This document shows, one piece after another, positions 58,304 through 64,000 of a stretch of 64,000 bases of DNA. The first letter of the stretch is position 1; each line of letters begins with the position of its first letter. Below the pieces are notes generated by a model. It searched no databases. It saw nothing but the letters and a program-made list of their open reading frames with translations, and had not been told where the DNA came from. The position numbers and the translations under genes are program-made. Location of the stretch: IMG/VR virus record IMGVR_UViG_3300032327_000792. One strand, given 5' to 3'. Source of the stretch: a virus. Its lineage: Duplodnaviria; Caudoviricetes.

Positions 58304-58528
58304 TTAGTACAATTTTTTTGGCAAACTTTGTTTTGCTAGTTCTTTACGATGACGGTTCTTTGCGGCTGCTTTTTTCTTTTTGCGGGCAGTAGTGGGTTTT
58401 TCATAGGTCTCACGTTCGCGAAGATCCTGCAATAGACCTGATTCCATTACCTTTTTCTTGAATTTGCGTAGAGCTTGTTCAACTTTGTCGTCTTTGACCA
58501 GTACTGAATTTCCGTATATGGGTTTCAC
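58304..58528 (-). CDS. rpsU: Ribosomal protein bS21
   Basis: [44 protein letters not shown]. Confidence 0.92.
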   Translation of the reverse strand: MKPIYGNSVLVKDDKVEQALRKFKKKVMESGLLQDLRERETYEKPTTARKKKKAAAKNRHRKELAKQSLPKKLY

Positions 58529-59727
58529 TTATTTTCCTGTGCGAGTGTGGCAGGAATATTTACCTGATCTTTGTTGATAACTACCTTGATAATGTTTTGC
58601 TTGCGGTACTGCGACAGATCAAACATATGCGGCAACAACACACGCTCTAGCTCACTGTGCAGTCCTCGAGCACCTGTTTTTGTGCTGATTGTACGTTCTG
58701 CTATGAGATCCAAACTTTCTGGATCAAATTCTAATTCTACACCATCTTGATCAAATAACCATTTGTATTGTTCTACAAAGTTGTGTTTTACCCCGGTCAA
58801 TATGTTGATCAATTGTTGTTTGGTCAGTTGTTCCAATGATACTGCAACCGGAAAACGTCCTACAAATTCTGGAATTAGTCCAAACCGCACTAGATCATCT
58901 GCAGTATGTTCAACGTGATCTATATTGGTTGCGACCTCTGCACCAAATCCAATACTGGTTCCTTTGACTCGATTTTTCACAATGTTTTCCAGACCCACAA
59001 ATGCTCCACCTGCCACAAACAAGATACGACTGGTGTCAATTTCCACAGTGTCAGATCCTGAGGATTTTTTGTTGCCTTGTGTGGGTATTTTACATTTAGT
59101 ACCTTCTACCAATTTAAGCAATGCCTGTTGCACTCCTTCGCCTGATACGTCTCTGGCCACTGTGGCATTTTCACTTTTGCGACTGATCTTGTCAATTTCA
59201 TCAACAAATATAATGCCACGCTGAGTACGTTCTATGTCATAGTTGGCAGCCGCATACAATCTAGAGATCAATGTTTCAACATCGTCTCCCACATAACCGG
59301 CTTCGGTCAAACAGGTAGCATCTGCAATCACAAAAGGTACGTCAAGATAACGTGCCACAGTACGAGCCAACAGAGTTTTTCCTGTGCCCGTTGGTCCAAT
59401 TATTAAGATGTTGGATTTTTGTATTTCAATTGAGGGATCTGTGTTGGCAATGCGTTTGTAGTGATTGGCAATGGCCACACTCAGTACACGCTTGGCATTG
59501 CTTTGACCAATCACATACTGATCAAGATATTGGTAAATTTCCCTAGGATCAAGATCAACGGAAGAGATTTTTTTGTTTGTTTTTTTGATCGAAGAATCTT
59601 TGAGCAAACCACTGCACAGTTCCACACACTCATTGCAAATTGAAACTTTGTGACTCACAATCAATTTGCCAACTTGATCTTTGTGTTTGTTACAAAAACT
59701 ACAATGATTGATAGAGTTGTCCGTCAT
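58525..59727 (-). CDS. clpX: Clp protease ATP-binding subunit ClpX
   Basis: CSFC zinc finger, [42 protein letters not shown]. Confidence 0.97.
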   Translation of the reverse strand: MTDNSINHCSFCNKHKDQVGKLIVSHKVSICNECVELCSGLLKDSSIKKTNKKISSVDLDPREIYQYLDQYVIGQSNAKRVLSVAIANHYKRIANTDPSIEIQKSNILIIGPTGTGKTLLARTVARYLDVPFVIADATCLTEAGYVGDDVETLISRLYAAANYDIERTQRGIIFVDEIDKISRKSENATVARDVSGEGVQQALLKLVEGTKCKIPTQGNKKSSGSDTVEIDTSRILFVAGGAFVGLENIVKNRVKGTSIGFGAEVATNIDHVEHTADDLVRFGLIPEFVGRFPVAVSLEQLTKQQLINILTGVKHNFVEQYKWLFDQDGVELEFDPESLDLIAERTISTKTGARGLHSELERVLLPHMFDLSQYRKQNIIKVVINKDQVNIPATLAQENK

Positions 59728-59728
59728 A

Positions 59729-61312
59729 TTATTTGTGCTTTAGACGATGTTCAATTTGATCTTGTTCTGCTGAGCTCAGTAACTCAGGATCATACTCTCC
59801 GGACTCAATCTTGTCAATCAAATGATCAATATAAGCAGTATCATAGGCATACTGATCGCTCAATGATTTGTCAACTTCGATCCAACGAATACCATTGAAC
59901 TTGTATAAAACACTGGGGATACGATCCACTCTCAAAAATGTATCACCCTTGTTTGCTGGCGCAGGAAATGCTGTGCCAAATCCCAACATAGTTCCTGCAT
60001 GTGGCAATACATTGTCTGGTTGCAGTGTCAAATCTTCCCAAGGTAAATGACTAATCTTGCCGTGCTCCAATAGGTCTCGTTGATGCTTGATTGTATCATT
60101 GGGATTAACTTGTTTCCATTGACGCATGGCTTCTTTATCTGGATCGGTTAAATAATCACCAGGACGATTGTCGCTGATAACAACTGTTGGATCCTCGAAT
60201 AGAGATTCGGTGGCAATAACATTGCCCGTGGGCAAATCATCTTTGACTGTTTCTTTGATTTGTGCGACTTGCTCGTCTGTTAAAGCACCATCATCTGGCT
60301 CGTAATTGGGTTCTTTATCAACAACTTTAGGACTGCCAAACGCCGCCGTCATGGGCCACGGAAATCCAGCAAACCTAATTGGTTTGATTTTGGGTTTGGA
60401 TTGGGATTCTTGTTGTCGATCCCAAAAACGAGCACGTTGCTTGGCACGATTGAACCAATTCATTATGCCCAAATTTTCTTCAAAATCAATGCCACGCTTG
60501 CCTTGACGTTCCCATCGGATCGATTCTGTGGCGGCCAACACCATCATGATGGCCAATGGATCAAACACCAACACCAGTATAATGATAACCCAGCGTACTG
60601 CTTTTTCCAACAAATTAGCATCAGGATTGTCACCATAGATCAAAGCGGCAATGTATTTGATTGGTCCTACTTCTGCTTCAACTTTGCGCAATTCGCTGGC
60701 AATAGGAGCACGTTCTTGATTGAGTGCGGCAATTTTCTTCTGTGCTTGAGCTATATCATTTTGCAATGCGGCACGCTCTCTAGCCTGACTTCTACGAATC
60801 TGCACTGCTTTGTCTGCGCCTTGCTCTGTGGTTGATCGACCCATTGTTTGATCGACTGCATTGTCCATCTGTGCAATGGCTCGTCGAGCAGAGTCTATTG
60901 TGTCGCGTTCAGTTTTGATTTTTTCATCCAGAATCTGTACCTGGGCAGTTACGTCACCTGTGGGCACTGCTTGATCTAAGTGTGCTTTGGATAAAAATCC
61001 AAATATGCCCATTGAAGTGATAAACATCAAAACTATCACACTGACAGTCAGTTGTACCTTCATTGAACGTTTGCAATATTGCCAATATTCGTGTAGCCAT
61101 ATAGTCACAGTTACCTTGGCCACTTCCATGATACCGCCCATCACAATGATAGGAATAGCAGCCGCGGCGAAAATAGCGGTCAAGCCAATAATACTATACC
61201 ATGCAGCAACAAGACTCAAACTCAGTGCTACTGCCAACGTCCAATAACTCAAAATCATAGCTTGATATTTACCGCCATTGTTTGTGCTTTTCTGCAATCC
61301 ATTCAAGACCAT
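59729..61312 (-). CDS. Membrane protein with long coiled coil
   Basis: Three N-terminal TMs, coiled coil, fourth TM (VFDPLA), cytoplasmic tail. Confidence 0.7.
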   Translation of the reverse strand: MVLNGLQKSTNNGGKYQAMILSYWTLAVALSLSLVAAWYSIIGLTAIFAAAAIPIIVMGGIMEVAKVTVTIWLHEYWQYCKRSMKVQLTVSVIVLMFITSMGIFGFLSKAHLDQAVPTGDVTAQVQILDEKIKTERDTIDSARRAIAQMDNAVDQTMGRSTTEQGADKAVQIRRSQARERAALQNDIAQAQKKIAALNQERAPIASELRKVEAEVGPIKYIAALIYGDNPDANLLEKAVRWVIIILVLVFDPLAIMMVLAATESIRWERQGKRGIDFEENLGIMNWFNRAKQRARFWDRQQESQSKPKIKPIRFAGFPWPMTAAFGSPKVVDKEPNYEPDDGALTDEQVAQIKETVKDDLPTGNVIATESLFEDPTVVISDNRPGDYLTDPDKEAMRQWKQVNPNDTIKHQRDLLEHGKISHLPWEDLTLQPDNVLPHAGTMLGFGTAFPAPANKGDTFLRVDRIPSVLYKFNGIRWIEVDKSLSDQYAYDTAYIDHLIDKIESGEYDPELLSSAEQDQIEHRLKHK

Positions 61313-61850
61313 CGTACTCGTTGATGACCCACTCTACGTCTCCGGGAATTTTGACCACTTTTAAACTGGCAAGGTTGCTGTTTACTGCATCCCCCATCTC
61401 ACGCACCAATGCAACAAGTATGGGATCGTCACGAGCAATGTTGTGTCGGTCGTTCCAGTCGTTGCCATTGGACAATTTGATTTTTGAACCAAACCTAACA
61501 GTGTCATCTCTTGACTCCCTGTCTTCTAAACTATAGGCAATACCGGCTCTATCCAAGTATTCAATTTGAGCCTCTCGACTGAGTCCAAATCCGCCATGAT
61601 CACAATTGATCACTATGTGTCGCACACCTTTGAGTGCTTCAAATGTTTCTTCGGCTTCCTCAGAGAGTTCTTCTTCCTCAAACTCCATGTCGCCCACATC
61701 AAGATATTGTTCGGCCATGTCAATCATGCAACTAAAACAAGTTGGACAGAATGCCACAGGCAATATGCCAAAATGCCCATCTACGCCACCTTCGTCTTCG
61801 GTGAATGTGCATGAACACACACTACATTTATAGCTTAGGATTTCTTCCAT
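61269..61850 (-). CDS. Hypothetical protein with Cys-pair N-terminus
   Basis: CSVC/CPTC; VINCDHGGFGLS; IARDDP.LV; EYDGLEW. Confidence 0.6.
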   Translation of the reverse strand: MEEILSYKCSVCSCTFTEDEGGVDGHFGILPVAFCPTCFSCMIDMAEQYLDVGDMEFEEEELSEEAEETFEALKGVRHIVINCDHGGFGLSREAQIEYLDRAGIAYSLEDRESRDDTVRFGSKIKLSNGNDWNDRHNIARDDPILVALVREMGDAVNSNLASLKVVKIPGDVEWVINEYDGLEWIAEKHKQWR

Positions 61851-62065
61851 TGTTCCAACGTTAGGTTATAGTCTCGTTCGGCATGAATCAGTCTGTTTTC
61901 TAGTTGATTGATCCGGTGTTCACATCTGAACAGACGCACTGCTAAAAACACTATTATAGCAATAACCACGCTCATAGTCAAGCCCCAACCAGCCAATAGG
62001 CTATAGATGCTGTACCATAAATTTTCAACGTTGTTTTGTAGAAAGGCGATTGGATTTAGATTCAT
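61835..62065 (-). CDS. Small membrane protein
   Basis: TM plus short coiled coil. Confidence 0.55.
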   Translation of the reverse strand: MNLNPIAFLQNNVENLWYSIYSLLAGWGLTMSVVIAIIVFLAVRLFRCEHRINQLENRLIHAERDYNLTLEQWKKS

Positions 62066-62607
62066 CAGTCGTTGGCCTCATCTTCGATAGTTTTAAACGG
62101 CCATATTCTACCTTGTACTGATTCTAATTTAGTAGGTTTGACTTCTTGACCTTCACTGCCATACACATCTTCATCTACTAATTCAATTTTTACAGGACCC
62201 AAAATAGCCACATGGTCGTCTTCAATTTCCCAATTATGATCTCCATCATACAACCAAGCAGTACCACAGCGTCCGTCATCATCCTCGGATTCCCAACGTA
62301 AGATACTTTCAATCTTCTCTTTCTCTTGGTCGGTAAACCCATCTGAAAAATTTACGTACACTGCACACAAGTCATCTAGTTCACAGCCCCAACCTGTTTC
62401 CGGGCGGCAATATACTCGGTCAGATTCTGACTCCCATACTTCGTTATCTTCTTCTCTGAATCCTTGGCCCCAGCGCCATGTTTCTGTGACGTCAAACCCA
62501 CGCATGGAGCCATCAGGCAAGGTTTCAAATACATCAACAAAATATTCTACGGATTTCTTTTCCAGTGGAGTGATTCTATATAGTTTGGCCATTATACAGT
62601 TTCCCAA
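62065..62607 (-). CDS. Acidic hypothetical protein
   Basis: 180-aa ORF in operon. Confidence 0.6.
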   Translation of the reverse strand: MGNCIMAKLYRITPLEKKSVEYFVDVFETLPDGSMRGFDVTETWRWGQGFREEDNEVWESESDRVYCRPETGWGCELDDLCAVYVNFSDGFTDQEKEKIESILRWESEDDDGRCGTAWLYDGDHNWEIEDDHVAILGPVKIELVDEDVYGSEGQEVKPTKLESVQGRIWPFKTIEDEAND

Positions 62608-62790
62608 CGATCAGTTTCAATAATTTGACGTGCTTTGTGTTCTGCTTCTTGTTGAGTCAATGCCGGAATTTCCACAGTCAATATTCCGTTTTTGACCTTG
62701 ATGTTCCACGGTGCCGGTTGTTTCAAACTGAATGACCCAATACGGGCCTGCACTGTAAAAAGCTCACTGTAGCGAGCTTGATTGATTATG

Positions 62791-62946
62791 TCATTTGCGT
62801 TTAACATTGTGTTCCTTACATTCTTGATTGCATTGGTCTCTACCTTGGCGACAATCGCCCCAACATCCACTTGGTAATTTTTTCACAAGCCATGCCACTG
62901 CAACCACAGTCACAGCAAATATTGATCCCATGGCTATGGCTGTCAT
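62791..62946 (-). CDS. Small Cys-rich membrane protein (not in ORF track)
   Basis: MTAIAMGSIFAVTVVAVAWLVKKLPSGCWGDCRQGRDQCNQECKEHNVKRK; ATGA overlap. Confidence 0.5.
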   Translation of the reverse strand: MTAIAMGSIFAVTVVAVAWLVKKLPSGCWGDCRQGRDQCNQECKEHNVKRK

Positions 62947-63194
62947 TTACGACTCAACTCCCTGGCAATACGGTCTTGTTCGGTACGATACAGATAGTAT
63001 TGAAATTTAACTGTCCACACAACAGCATCAACAAAACTGATCACTATACCTGTGATCAGTATGCCCAACGGCCACGGATCTGGGCAAGACGCTAGCTTGG
63101 CCACAACGGCCAAAATAACTAGCATAAGTGCCCAAAATTGAACACTCTTGTAGCAGTCTTGAAACTGCCATCTTAAAAACCCCAACATTTTCAT
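62943..63194 (-). CDS. Small membrane protein
   Basis: Two hydrophobic segments. Confidence 0.55.
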   Translation of the reverse strand: MKMLGFLRWQFQDCYKSVQFWALMLVILAVVAKLASCPDPWPLGILITGIVISFVDAVVWTVKFQYYLYRTEQDRIARELSRK

Positions 63195-63205
63195 ATTATT
63201 CCTTA

Positions 63206-63988
63206 TTATTTTATTTCTACTGGATCAACAGCAAGTCCTCGCCACGCAACCACGTCCTTGATGGATTGGCCTTCTGCATTTTTCCAAGTACGACCGGACC
63301 ATTCTGCACGAACAATTCTTGCAAACGGCCAGGCAATGTCTTTGCCTAGGTCAATTTCGTATTCGCCTTGGCGCACAGGTTTGATATCCACTGGGTACCA
63401 ATCAGTCATCATGTCTTCGCCGAGTTGATCTAGTTCTGCAATCAAACCATCTTCGATAGTAAACGAACCCGGAGTAGCGAACTCATGTGGAGTCTCGTCC
63501 TCTTCATCTTCGTCTTCATCGTCTTCGTTTCGATATTTGCCTTGATAGACTTCATCTCCGTTGCAAAGAATCCACTTGTTTTCGTTCCACTTGCCAGTGG
63601 TTGAATATCCACCTGTGCCGTCAATTTCTACCCCATCATATTCCACACTGCTGATCAGCCACCAACCATCACAGTTTTCATAGTACACAGTGAGTTTCTT
63701 TGGATCAAACGGCTGTGTAAGTTCAATTTCACCATCAAAGAATGTGCCTTTTTCACCTTGACCGCCCCAGTGTACAATAGTATCTTTTGGTAGGTCATCA
63801 AGCTCACATCCACCCGATTTGTTTACCTCAACACCTGCATCTTCAAGTTCATTGAGTCCTGCAGCACAACACCAGTGCTGGTTGCCGTGCTCATCATTGA
63901 TTTGAATTTCGTTTGAGCTGGATAGTTCTGCACCTGATGCATGAAACAAGTCGTCACAGTCATAGGGACTGCCAGGGCTGAATGGCAT
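63206..63988 (-). CDS. Acidic hypothetical protein, probably 5'-truncated by the window edge
   Basis: 260+ aa ORF running to the window end. Confidence 0.55.
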   Translation of the reverse strand: MPFSPGSPYDCDDLFHASGAELSSSNEIQINDEHGNQHWCCAAGLNELEDAGVEVNKSGGCELDDLPKDTIVHWGGQGEKGTFFDGEIELTQPFDPKKLTVYYENCDGWWLISSVEYDGVEIDGTGGYSTTGKWNENKWILCNGDEVYQGKYRNEDDEDEDEEDETPHEFATPGSFTIEDGLIAELDQLGEDMMTDWYPVDIKPVRQGEYEIDLGKDIAWPFARIVRAEWSGRTWKNAEGQSIKDVVAWRGLAVDPVEIK

Positions 63989-64000
63989 TAACTCACGAGG

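Overview
This window is part of a large tailed-phage (T4-like/jumbo, probably aquatic) genome, not a bacterial chromosome. Genes are dense and mostly on the minus strand. There are T4 gp9/gp10-like baseplate and fibre genes, repeated sigma70-type early promoters (TTGACC-N17-TATAAT), T4-type late promoters (TAAATA) and many small paralogous ORFs. Host-like genes include groEL/groES, a second GroES-like gene, hsp20, clpX, clpP, a ClpP-like paralogue, clpS, rpsU, infA, an SOD, a ferredoxin, uvsE, a fatty-acid desaturase, a CHASE2 cyclase and a curli-type csgF/csgG/curlin/FecR block; these suggest a Gram-negative, probably proteobacterial host (inference). The best candidate novel system is a PlcP-like phospholipase, UDP-glucose dehydrogenase and Agt-like GT4 operon. 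It has a Pho-box-like 11-bp-period repeat upstream, a PagP-like gene next to it, and a second such repeat before a small terminated RNA, so it may be a phage-borne phosphate-starvation membrane-lipid remodelling module. Other highlights are three ROSE-like thermometer leaders (one serving an 11-codon ORF), a dispersed cNMP signalling kit and a roughly 350-nt structured leader before the cell-wall hydrolase. No tRNA, rRNA, CRISPR array, integrase or transposase was recognised. All family assignments are by motif recognition only; no database search was run.
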